DNA from: Sulfurospirillum sp.
GTDB taxonomy: Bacteria; Campylobacterota; Campylobacteria; Campylobacterales; Sulfurospirillaceae
Length of the DNA stretch: 64,000 bases
Assembly (NCBI GenBank): GCA_018058685.1
Contig: JAGOZL010000001.1
Coordinates: 2,152-66,151, forward strand
Reading direction: 5' to 3'
Below are positions 52,075 through 61,280 of the stretch, piece after piece (position 1 is the stretch's first letter; each line of letters starts with the position of its first letter). Position numbers and translations under genes: made by a program. The notes below the pieces were generated by a model that worked only from the letters and a program-made list of their open reading frames with translations, was not told where the DNA came from and made no database searches.

Positions 52075-53000
52075 AAAGCACCTACCCGTAAAAAAGTATG
52101 TAAGAGGTAGCTAACCCCCATAAAAAAGGGAATGAATACCAATGAAGTGACAAAAACCAAAGAGGTCACGTCGACAGGTTTACACTCGTATAAAGCAGAG
52201 AGATTGACATTCGTCACTGCAAGGGGCACAATCAGTTCTAAAAAAATCAAGGTGGCTACCATAGGTTCTAATGTCAGCCATCCAAAGAGTATCCACCCTA
52301 CAATGAGCGGTGTTAGAATAAACTTTATCAGACTTACATGTAAAATCAATTTGGTGTTTAAGTGTCTCAATTTGACATTGTAAAGATACATTCCAAAAAC
52401 AATTAATTGAATGACCATCGTACAATACGCACCCATTTCTAGAGATTTTAAAAATGAAGGATGCAAGGTGAAGCCTAAGAGATTAAGCATAAGGGCTAAA
52501 AAGGCAAACCAAATAACGGGGAGTTTGATGATGTTCAAAAGGGATTCTTTAACACTAAAATTGCCTCGTGAATAAAAGAAAACACCTAAGGTGTAGACGA
52601 TAAAGACATTAGAGACATTAATCATGCTCGTATAGATGATAGAACTCTCACCAAAGAGCGCAATGCCTAAAGGAATACCAAGGTTGCCAGTGTTGCCGAT
52701 AATCACACAAATGGTCACAATGGATTGCTCTTTGATATCGGTGAAAAAAAGACGTGCGATGCCAAAACTCATCACAATGGAGCCTAGAGAGATGAGGATA
52801 TAAATCAGAGGGGTTTGTAAAAGGCTCATGTCGATAGGTCTCGTGGAGAGTCCCCAAAAAGAGAGCATGGGTTGTAAAAAGTAGATAGAAAGTAAGATAA
52901 GCCCTTTTTCGTTCATCTCCTCTTTGAGAATTTTTTTGGCCATAAAGCCTAAAAAGATAAAACTGTAAATAGAGATAATCGAGATAATAATCGCTGACAA
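52071..53000 (-). CDS. AEC (auxin efflux carrier) family transporter
   Basis: About 10 TM helices, GNTGNLGIPLG. Confidence 0.88.
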   Translation of the reverse strand: MSAIIISIISIYSFIFLGFMAKKILKEEMNEKGLILLSIYFLQPMLSFWGLSTRPIDMSLLQTPLIYILISLGSIVMSFGIARLFFTDIKEQSIVTICVIIGNTGNLGIPLGIALFGESSIIYTSMINVSNVFIVYTLGVFFYSRGNFSVKESLLNIIKLPVIWFAFLALMLNLLGFTLHPSFLKSLEMGAYCTMVIQLIVFGMYLYNVKLRHLNTKLILHVSLIKFILTPLIVGWILFGWLTLEPMVATLIFLELIVPLAVTNVNLSALYECKPVDVTSLVFVTSLVFIPFFMGVSYLLHTFLRVGAL

Positions 53001-53009
53001 CGAAATGCT

Positions 53010-53861
53010 TTAATAATGCGAAGAGGCGTAATCACCAGAAGCTTTGTTTTTATAGGTGTTGAGCTTCGTGTCTTGAAGTTTGAGATAATCATCCAAACGT
53101 CTTCGATTTTCTTCAAAGACTTTTTCAAAATCATTGGTGTCTTTGACTTCGCCATTTTGGAATTTTTCCAATAAAACGTTGGTATTTCCTGTCATGACTA
53201 AGTATTTGATATTGCCATATTCGAATAAAACAACGCTGTTTTGATTATCAAGCGTTTTTTTGTGTAATAAATTGACTTCTTGCGGAAGCCCTGTTTTAGG
53301 GTTGAAAAGCCACGATTTTCCATTGTTCGCATTCGCACGCGATGAAGCTCCCGCAACACGTTTGCGAATCCAAAGCATCACTAAGGATAGAATGATGAGG
53401 ATGCCAACAACGATGATATAACGCGTATCTAAAAAATCAGATGATGCACTGTTATCAAGAGGTTTTGGAGCGGGTTCTATCGCGGTGGGTTGTTGGGTCG
53501 AGGCTTGAAGGATAGTCCCTCGGATACGTAGTCCAAAGCCATCAACGGTTTTAGACGCAACAACGCTGATGCGTTTATCGCTTTTTAAAACCACTTTGAG
53601 GCTGTTGCCATCAGGAATAAGCACGAGCTCTTGGATGATAGGCGAATTAATACTTTTTTCAACCATCTTATCGTAATGCAAATCATTGACGGTGAGGGTA
53701 ATGGAACTTGCATCATTTTTTTGGCTTAAGCTTCCTTCATGCGGTGAGTCAAAAGAGAGCATCACATCGATGCGGTCACTGCGTTCATAAACATTATACG
53801 TAAGAAGGTTAGAAGCCATAAGAGAAGAGAGCGCCATAAAAAGAGCAAGTAAAAGTTTCAT
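53010..53861 (-). CDS. fliO: FliO-like flagellar export protein with N-terminal periplasmic domain
   Basis: Signal peptide, periplasmic domain, one TM helix, KKTLDNQNSVVLFEYGNIKYLV FliO-like beta region; directly downstream of fliN. Confidence 0.6.
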   Translation of the reverse strand: MKLLLALFMALSSLMASNLLTYNVYERSDRIDVMLSFDSPHEGSLSQKNDASSITLTVNDLHYDKMVEKSINSPIIQELVLIPDGNSLKVVLKSDKRISVVASKTVDGFGLRIRGTILQASTQQPTAIEPAPKPLDNSASSDFLDTRYIIVVGILIILSLVMLWIRKRVAGASSRANANNGKSWLFNPKTGLPQEVNLLHKKTLDNQNSVVLFEYGNIKYLVMTGNTNVLLEKFQNGEVKDTNDFEKVFEENRRRLDDYLKLQDTKLNTYKNKASGDYASSHY

Positions 53862-54169
53862 AGATTCTCTTTTTTAAAGTACTGAATAACGGTTTTTGAG
53901 TCTAAGATTTCGTTGATACGAATGGCAAGGTTTTTTTCATAAACCATCACTTCACCCTTACCAAAAATTTTATTGTTGATGTAAAGCTCAACACTCTCAC
54001 CCGCAGGTTTCTCAAGGTCGATGACAGAGCCTCGTTCTAACTTTAAGAGTTTTTGAATCGTAATATTGGTCGTTCCAAGTTCGGCAACAAAATCAACGCT
54101 GATATCGAGCAGGTTTTCAAAACCCGAGAGAAGTTTGCGTTCAAGATAGGCTTGATCAGATGCGTCCAA
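53858..54169 (-). CDS. fliN: Flagellar motor switch protein FliN
   Basis: LLDISVDFVAELG, GSVIDLEKPAGESV, GEVMV...IRI SpoA domain. Confidence 0.92.
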   Translation of the reverse strand: MDASDQAYLERKLLSGFENLLDISVDFVAELGTTNITIQKLLKLERGSVIDLEKPAGESVELYINNKIFGKGEVMVYEKNLAIRINEILDSKTVIQYFKKENL

Positions 54170-54201
54170 TGCAATTCCTTTAAGGGTGGGTTACTGTTTG
54201 C

Positions 54202-54220
54202 AAGCAAAAACTCTTCCAAA
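54202..54220 (-). promoter_or_regulatory. sigma54 (RpoN) -24/-12 promoter upstream of fliN
   Basis: Minus strand TTTGGAAGAGTTTTTGCTT = GG-N10-GC. Confidence 0.75.
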
Positions 54221-54275
54221 CCTTGATAGATAGGACTTATTATAGTTTATTTTCTTTAAATTGTTTATTAAGCGT

Positions 54276-55202
54276 TTAACCCACGTGTACAATGCCCAGA
54301 GTGTTGAGCAGATAACTAATGCCAATTAGATAGGGGATAAACAGAAACGATGTGAAAAAGATGAGCGTTGCCACATCGATGGGTTTGCAATGATACAAAG
54401 CGGCGACATTGACGTTGTTAAGGGCTAGTGGCATCATGAGTTGAACAAATAAAATCGCAGCGACAAAAGGATCAAGTGGCAAAAGGCTAAACAGAAGCCA
54501 AGCTGTTAAAAGAGGGGCTACAATAAATTTGACAAGATTTACATGTAAAAGCAATTTTAGATTTAACGTGCTGAGGCGAATGTTGCATAAGTACATTCCA
54601 AAAACAATCAACTGCATCACAATCATACAATAAGCACCCATCTCTAATGAACGAAAAAGATAAGGAGGTATCGTAATGCCTGAGAGATTTAATATTAACG
54701 CAAGAAATGCTGCCCAGATGATAGGCAATCTAAGAATATTAAGCAAAGACTCTTTCACATTAGACGTGCCACCTGAGTAAAAAAAGACACCGAGCGTGTA
54801 CGTTAAAAAGGTATTAGCAACGCTGATGAGGCTGGTGTAGATGATGGAGTCTTCACCAAATAAAGCAATGCCTAAAGGAATCCCTAAATTACCCGTATTG
54901 CCCAATGCCACACAGATAGTCATAATGGATTTTTCTTTAGGGTCGCTAAAAAACAAAAAGGCAAATAAAGAACCTATTGCTATTGTCATACAAGAAATTA
55001 GGATGTAATACAGCGGTACTTGAAGCAGTGAAAGCGTGATAGGTTTGGTTGAAAGTCCCCAAAAAGAGAAAATAGGGTGTAAAAAGTAAACAGAGAGGAT
55101 ACTCATACCGCGTTCTTGTAACTCATCTTTAAAAATCTTTTTTGCGATAAAACCAAAGAGGATGAAGATATAAATAGATAAAATAGAAAGAGCGATGCTC
55201 AT
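54276..55202 (-). CDS. AEC family transporter (paralog of 52071-53000)
   Basis: GNTGNLGIPLGIALFGE shared with the other AEC gene. Confidence 0.88.
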   Translation of the reverse strand: MSIALSILSIYIFILFGFIAKKIFKDELQERGMSILSVYFLHPIFSFWGLSTKPITLSLLQVPLYYILISCMTIAIGSLFAFLFFSDPKEKSIMTICVALGNTGNLGIPLGIALFGEDSIIYTSLISVANTFLTYTLGVFFYSGGTSNVKESLLNILRLPIIWAAFLALILNLSGITIPPYLFRSLEMGAYCMIVMQLIVFGMYLCNIRLSTLNLKLLLHVNLVKFIVAPLLTAWLLFSLLPLDPFVAAILFVQLMMPLALNNVNVAALYHCKPIDVATLIFFTSFLFIPYLIGISYLLNTLGIVHVG

Positions 55203-55332
55203 TAGAGTTCCTCACACGTTACATGTAAAGTGCAATTGTAACAAAATCTTTCCCCAAAACTCCCTCATGCTCCATATTGTTTATTAAGAGGGGGAGGAGT
55301 AAAATCTAAACATTAAAATAAAGTGAGACAGT

Positions 55333-56082
55333 ATGTTGATTGGATTGGCATTTTTTGGGGTTATTGTAGGAATTTCTTCGGGTTTTTTTGGTATAGGTGG
55401 GGGAACACTTCTTGTACCTTCGTTGATTTATTTGGGGTATGACATCAAAATAGCCATTGGGATTTCAGTGATGCAGATGATTTTTAGCTCCATGTTTGGC
55501 TCTTACATCAACTACAAAGCGGGTGTTTTACAGCTGAACAGTGGTATTTTTTTAGGCTTTGGTGCTTTATTTGGTGCGGCACTGAGTGGTTTTATCGTAA
55601 GCGCATTGCCTCAAATTGCCCTTTTGATTTTGTTTGCGGTTATTTTGGCAATGTCTATTTACAAGTTTTTCTCCGCTCCCATTGAGCCTAAAAGTACACC
55701 CAATGAATCTAAAGTATTGCTTTTTATCGTAGGTGTTGTCATTGGTGCAATTGCGATTAGTACAGGAACGGGAGGAGCTATTTTTCTCACTCCTGTTTTG
55801 GTAGGTTTTATGAACTGGGATATTAAAAAAGCAGTGGGAACAACACTCTTTTTTATTATTTTTGGCTCCATCTCAGGATTTATTAGCCTCTCTGCCAATG
55901 GCTTAGTCGATTATGATGCGGGTGTGGCTGTGGGTATTGGTTCTTTAATAGGTGTTTATTTTGGGGTGAAACTATCCCATCATGTGAGCAAAACAGTGCA
56001 AAAGCGCGCGCTTTTGATTTTGTATGCTATTATGTTTGTTTTAACCTTGAATAAAATTGTAAGTGAGCTAAATGTCCTATGA
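55333..56082 (+). CDS. Sulfite exporter TauE/SafE family protein
   Basis: SGFFGIGGG and STGTGGA repeats, about 8 TM helices. Confidence 0.88.
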   Translation: MLIGLAFFGVIVGISSGFFGIGGGTLLVPSLIYLGYDIKIAIGISVMQMIFSSMFGSYINYKAGVLQLNSGIFLGFGALFGAALSGFIVSALPQIALLILFAVILAMSIYKFFSAPIEPKSTPNESKVLLFIVGVVIGAIAISTGTGGAIFLTPVLVGFMNWDIKKAVGTTLFFIIFGSISGFISLSANGLVDYDAGVAVGIGSLIGVYFGVKLSHHVSKTVQKRALLILYAIMFVLTLNKIVSELNVL

Positions 56083-58901
56083 TAAAAATATACGGTGCCA
56101 AAGAGAACAATCTTAAAAATATTAATTTAGAAATCCCCAAAAATAAACTAGTTGTTTTTACGGGCTTAAGTGGGAGTGGTAAAAGTACCTTAGCGTTTGA
56201 TACACTCTATGCTGAGGGACAACGTCGTTATATCGAATCGCTCTCATCCTACGCGAGACAATTTTTAGATCGTGTGGGGAAACCCGATGTGGAAAAAATC
56301 GAAGGGCTAACCCCAGCGATTGCCATTGACCAAAAAACAACGAGTAAAAATCCTCGCTCAACAGTGGGAACGATTACTGAGATTTATGATTATTTACGTC
56401 TTTTGTACGCGCGTGTTGGAAAACAACACTGTCATTTGTGTGGTAAAGAGGTCTCTCAAATGTCAGGAGCGGATATCATTGAACAAGTCTCGAAGCTTCC
56501 AGCTGAGACAAAACTCTCCATCTTAGCCCCTTTGGTACGTGAGAAAAAAGGAAGTTTTGCCGACATGATAGAATCACTCCGCCATAAGGGCTATGTTAGA
56601 GCGATGATAGACGGTGTAATGGTGCGTTTGGATGAAGAGGTAGAGCTTTCAAAAACTAAAAAACATACCATTAAAGTCATCATTGACCGCGTAGTGGTGC
56701 GTGAAGAGAATAAAGAGCGCATTGCGACGGACATTGAAAAAGCGCTTTTAGAGAGTTACGGTGAAGTGGAACTGGATATTTCTAATGCCGAAGAAGTAGG
56801 GCTTCCAACCTCACACATTCACTACAGCGAGCATTTGGCGTGTTTTGACTGTAAAATCAGTTTTGAGCCACTAGAGCCTTTATCTTTTTCCTTTAACTCA
56901 CCCAAAGGGGCGTGTTCTACGTGTGATGGCTTAGGTATTCGTTATACGCTTGATTTGAAAAAAATCATCAATGAGCATGTGAGTATCGATGAAGGAGCTA
57001 TCAAAATCTTCTACGGCTTTAACAAAAGTTTTTATGCCAAGTTTTTAACTGCTTATTGTGAAGCAGCGGGGATTAACACACGCATACCGTATGAAGAGTT
57101 AGAAGAGCATCAGCAAAAAGCCATTTTACACGGCGGATTTGAAGAAGCAACCTTCTTTTGGAAAAAACATAAACTTACCCGCAAATGGGAAGGCGTCATC
57201 AAAATCGCTTATGATATGCTCAAAGATGAAAAAGAATTGGGTGATTATATGAGTGAGAAGACCTGTGATACGTGTGGTGGGTATCGTTTGAAAAAAGAGA
57301 GTTTGGCAGTTCGTGTGAGTGGGAAAAATATTGCCGATATTTTAGAATTTCCGATTGATAAATGTTTGGCATTTTTTAAAGATGAAAATAATTTTTCTTA
57401 TATGAAACATCAGCATGTGATGATTTCAGAGCCTATTTTAAAAGAGATTAAAGAGCGTTTGTATTTTCTCTTTGATGTGGGGTTAGGCTACATCAGCCTT
57501 GGTCGAGATGCGAGAACCATCAGTGGAGGAGAGGCACAGCGTATTCGTATCGCTTCGCAAATTGGGAGCGGATTGACAGGCGTGATGTATGTACTGGATG
57601 AGCCAAGCATCGGCTTGCATGAACGTGACACGCTTAAGCTCATCAGAACGCTTCGTAATCTGCAAAGCAAAGGTAACTCCGTCATTGTCGTAGAACACGA
57701 TAAAGAGACCATACAAACAGCGGATTTTGTGGTCGATATCGGTCCAGGGGCTGGAAAATTTGGAGGTGAGATTGTATTTGCTGGAACGAATGAGGAACTT
57801 TTAAAAAGTAATACGTTAACAGCGCAGTATCTTAATGGCACAAAACAGATTAACTACAAAGAGAATCGTGAGCAAAGCAGATGGATTGAGCTTAATCATG
57901 TGAGCATCAACAACATTCAAAACCTTGATATTAAAATTCCTCTGGGTAATCTTGTTGCGATCACGGGAGTGAGTGGCAGTGGAAAAAGCTCATTGATTTT
58001 ACAAACCTTGCTTCCTGTGGCAAAAGAGTATCTCAACCGTGCCAAAAAGGTCAATAAAGTAGCAGGTGTAGAGTGCATCGGGCTTGATCAAATGGATAAA
58101 GTGATCTATCTTGACCAAAGTCCTATCGGAAGGACACCGCGAAGTAACCCAGCTACCTACACAGGTGTAATGGATGAAATTCGTGCCTTGTTTGCGAAAA
58201 CCAAAGAAGCCCAAATAAGGGGTTATAGTGTAGGACGATTTTCGTTTAACGTTAAAGGTGGTCGTTGTGAGAAGTGTCAGGGTGATGGAGAGATTAAAAT
58301 AGAGATGCATTTTTTACCCGACATTATGGTGAAATGCGACAGTTGTAAAGGGCAGCGTTACAACGCCCAGACTTTAGAGATTAAGTACAAAGGTAAATCT
58401 ATCTCTGATGTGTTAAACATGAGTGTGGATGAAGCTTTTGAATTTTTTAAGGCGATTCCTAAAATCCATCAAAAAATTCAAACCTTAGTGGACGTAGGAC
58501 TTGGCTACATCACTTTAGGACAAAATGCTGTAACACTAAGTGGAGGTGAAGCGCAACGTATCAAGCTCTCCAAGGAGCTGAGTAAAAAAGATACAGGTAA
58601 TACCTTGTATGTTTTAGATGAGCCGACCACGGGGCTTCATTTTGCAGATGTGGATAGATTGGTCAAAGTGCTGCATCATCTCACCGACATGGGGAACTCC
58701 GTTTTAGTCATTGAGCATAATATGGATGTGATTAAAAACGCGGATTATATCATCGATATGGGGCCTGAGGGTGGAAGCTATGGCGGTAAAATAGTGGATA
58801 TGGGAACTCCTTTACATGTCGCCAGCAATGCTGATAAAAGTGGGAGCTACACGGGTCACTTTTTAAGAAAAGAATTAGAATTGAACGAAAAAATTTATTA
58901 A
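56079..58901 (+). CDS. uvrA: Excinuclease ABC subunit A
   Basis: Two ABC domains (GLSGSGKS, GVSGSGKS), LSGGEAQR, Zn fingers. Confidence 0.98.
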   Translation: MIKIYGAKENNLKNINLEIPKNKLVVFTGLSGSGKSTLAFDTLYAEGQRRYIESLSSYARQFLDRVGKPDVEKIEGLTPAIAIDQKTTSKNPRSTVGTITEIYDYLRLLYARVGKQHCHLCGKEVSQMSGADIIEQVSKLPAETKLSILAPLVREKKGSFADMIESLRHKGYVRAMIDGVMVRLDEEVELSKTKKHTIKVIIDRVVVREENKERIATDIEKALLESYGEVELDISNAEEVGLPTSHIHYSEHLACFDCKISFEPLEPLSFSFNSPKGACSTCDGLGIRYTLDLKKIINEHVSIDEGAIKIFYGFNKSFYAKFLTAYCEAAGINTRIPYEELEEHQQKAILHGGFEEATFFWKKHKLTRKWEGVIKIAYDMLKDEKELGDYMSEKTCDTCGGYRLKKESLAVRVSGKNIADILEFPIDKCLAFFKDENNFSYMKHQHVMISEPILKEIKERLYFLFDVGLGYISLGRDARTISGGEAQRIRIASQIGSGLTGVMYVLDEPSIGLHERDTLKLIRTLRNLQSKGNSVIVVEHDKETIQTADFVVDIGPGAGKFGGEIVFAGTNEELLKSNTLTAQYLNGTKQINYKENREQSRWIELNHVSINNIQNLDIKIPLGNLVAITGVSGSGKSSLILQTLLPVAKEYLNRAKKVNKVAGVECIGLDQMDKVIYLDQSPIGRTPRSNPATYTGVMDEIRALFAKTKEAQIRGYSVGRFSFNVKGGRCEKCQGDGEIKIEMHFLPDIMVKCDSCKGQRYNAQTLEIKYKGKSISDVLNMSVDEAFEFFKAIPKIHQKIQTLVDVGLGYITLGQNAVTLSGGEAQRIKLSKELSKKDTGNTLYVLDEPTTGLHFADVDRLVKVLHHLTDMGNSVLVIEHNMDVIKNADYIIDMGPEGGSYGGKIVDMGTPLHVASNADKSGSYTGHFLRKELELNEKIY

Positions 58902-59026
58902 AAGTGTTTCGTTTAGTAATGTTTTTGAAAGAGAAGGTAACACTTTAAGCTTTACATGTAAGCCTACATGAGATAGACATAACTTTTTATTACAATGCTT
59001 TTTTTAAAAAATAAAAGGGGCATTGT

Positions 59027-60352
59027 TTGAATACAAAAAGGGCACATAAAAAAAGAAGGGATTGGAAAAGTTATACCATCAAAAGTTTAGCCTTTTGGGT
59101 TGTTTTTGCCATTATTGCGGGCATTATTTTTGGGATGGTAGATCCTAAAATGGCAGTACTTGCAAAACCAGGGATTGATTGGTTTATTCAAATCTTAAAA
59201 TGGTTAGTTGGACCAATTATCTTTTTGACAATTATTTCAGGTATTGTTGGCTTAGAGAGTCTTAAAGAAGTGGGTTCCATTGGGCTTAAAGCCTTTATCT
59301 ACTTTGAAATTGTGAGTACGTTTGCTTTAGCCATTGGCGTGTTGTTTGGTAATATTTTTGGTCCTGGACGAGGAATGAATCTTTCGGTTGATTCGCTTGA
59401 TGCTTCAAGTGTCTCAAAATTCACGAGTAGTTCGCAAGATGTTGGTTCTGTATGGTCGATCCTAAAAAGTGCGATACCGCATGATCCAATTACACCTTTT
59501 ATCAATGGAAATACCTTACAAGTGCTAACCATGGCACTGGTTTTAGCCATTCTCATCTCTGCATTTGGAGGCAAGCATAAACCTCTCATTTTAAAGCCAC
59601 TTGAAGTAGCGCAAAACTTTTTCTTTAAAATCTTAACGCTGTTGATGTGGCTAAGCCCGATTGCTTCATTTAGCGCGATGGCATTTTTGATTGGTAAATT
59701 TGGTATCTCTTCACTCATTAATATGGCAAGTTTATTAGGCGTCATGTTTATCTCTGTGATTGCCTTTATTTTTGGCATACTTGGATTGATTATGGCGATT
59801 TATAAAATCAATATTTTTAAATTTATGCGTTTTATCTCTAAAGAAGTGCTTATCGTTTTTGCAACCTCTTCAAGTGAATCAGCCCTTGCTCCGTTGATGC
59901 GTCGTCTGGAAGCGGCAGGAGTGAGTCGAGGCACAACAGGATTGGTCATACCAACAGGGTATTCATTTAATTTAGATTGTACCAATATCTATTTATCACT
60001 TTCTATTATCTTCCTTTCACAAGCGTTTAATTTACCGTTAAGCATTGCTGAACAGCTTAGTATTATCCTTATTTTGATGGTGACTTCAAAAGGTGCTGTT
60101 GGGGTTACAGGTTCTGGATTTATTGTTCTAGCGGGAACTTTGTCCGCACTTGGAGGTTCTATTCCTGTGGCAACCGTTGCCGTGCTTTTAGGTGTTGATA
60201 AATTTATGAGTGAAATGCGTGCGGTTGGAAATCTCTGTGGCAATGCGGTTGCGTGTGTGGTTGTTGGTGCATGGGATAAGCAAATTGATATGAAAAAATT
60301 TCAACATGCCTTGAACCATCCAGAAAGTGTTGAAGATACAATTCCTGGGTAA
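59027..60352 (+). CDS. dctA: Dicarboxylate/cation symporter (DAACS family)
   Basis: FATSSSESAL, PTGYSFNLD, TSKGAVGVTGSGF, GVDKFMSEMRA. Confidence 0.88.
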   Translation: MNTKRAHKKRRDWKSYTIKSLAFWVVFAIIAGIIFGMVDPKMAVLAKPGIDWFIQILKWLVGPIIFLTIISGIVGLESLKEVGSIGLKAFIYFEIVSTFALAIGVLFGNIFGPGRGMNLSVDSLDASSVSKFTSSSQDVGSVWSILKSAIPHDPITPFINGNTLQVLTMALVLAILISAFGGKHKPLILKPLEVAQNFFFKILTLLMWLSPIASFSAMAFLIGKFGISSLINMASLLGVMFISVIAFIFGILGLIMAIYKINIFKFMRFISKEVLIVFATSSSESALAPLMRRLEAAGVSRGTTGLVIPTGYSFNLDCTNIYLSLSIIFLSQAFNLPLSIAEQLSIILILMVTSKGAVGVTGSGFIVLAGTLSALGGSIPVATVAVLLGVDKFMSEMRAVGNLCGNAVACVVVGAWDKQIDMKKFQHALNHPESVEDTIPG

Positions 60353-60362
60353 TTTGCTAAAA

Positions 60363-60396
60363 AGAAACCAATGAGAAATAAATCTCATTGGTTTCT
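60363..60396 (+). terminator. Stem-loop (probable terminator) after dctA
   Basis: Perfect 14-bp inverted repeat AGAAACCAATGAGA-AATAAA-TCTCATTGGTTTCT. Confidence 0.7.
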
Positions 60397-60439
60397 AATA
60401 CGAATAGCGTTATAATCATGCTAAATTTTCTGCAAAAGA

Positions 60440-61255
60440 GTGAGCATGTTACAAGAAATTGCTGAACGTATCAAAGCACTTCCTCTCCTTCCTAAAAGCT
60501 TTCACGATATTAACGTTGCTTGTAATCAATCCGATGCTTCTGTTCATGACCTTGTTCGTATTATCGAAAAAGACCCTATGCTTGTGGCGAATCTTGTTAG
60601 AATTGCTAACTCTCCATTATATGGATTTCATAAACAAATTAAAAGTGTTTTGCAAACGGTATCGCTTTTTGGCGTTGCGACTACTCGCTCTTTAATTGCT
60701 GACATGTCCATTAAAAAACTGTTAAGTGTGGATTTGGCTCCTTACAATGTCACGCCTGAATTTTTCGCGCATATCTCAGAGTTACAAAGTACATTGATAA
60801 AGCAATGGTACGCTAATGTCGATGCTTCTAAAGTTGAAATCCTCTTTCTCTCAGCACTTCTTCAAGAGAGCGGTAAAATTTTGATTGCGGATGAAGTGGT
60901 TAAAAATAATGAAACGTATCAGTTCAAATCTGAAATTGAAAACAGCTTTAATGTTGCCACAGTTGAAAAAATGTTTGTTGGTGTGAGCAGTGCTGAGGTG
61001 ACAACCTATATTTTTCAACATTGGAAATTTAATACCACGATGGTAGAAGCCATCCGTTTTTCTGACAATTACGAAGCCGCACCTGAAGCCATTCGCCCTT
61101 ATGCCCTTGCACTTAAAGTCGTTAAAACGGCTATTCCTCTTAACGCTCCACTATCTGAGCGAAGCATCACCTTAGCGTTAAATATTGTCGAGAAAGAAGG
61201 GCTTAATACAGCTTTATTTCGCGAAGCCATCGAAGCGATAAGCCAGCACGCTTAA
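60440..61255 (+). CDS. HDOD domain protein
   Basis: LPLLP, IEKDPML, IANSPLYG, LLQESGK, HWKF. Confidence 0.9.
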   Translation: MSMLQEIAERIKALPLLPKSFHDINVACNQSDASVHDLVRIIEKDPMLVANLVRIANSPLYGFHKQIKSVLQTVSLFGVATTRSLIADMSIKKLLSVDLAPYNVTPEFFAHISELQSTLIKQWYANVDASKVEILFLSALLQESGKILIADEVVKNNETYQFKSEIENSFNVATVEKMFVGVSSAEVTTYIFQHWKFNTTMVEAIRFSDNYEAAPEAIRPYALALKVVKTAIPLNAPLSERSITLALNIVEKEGLNTALFREAIEAISQHA

Positions 61256-61280
61256 GCGTTACATGTAAAAGGAACATTTT

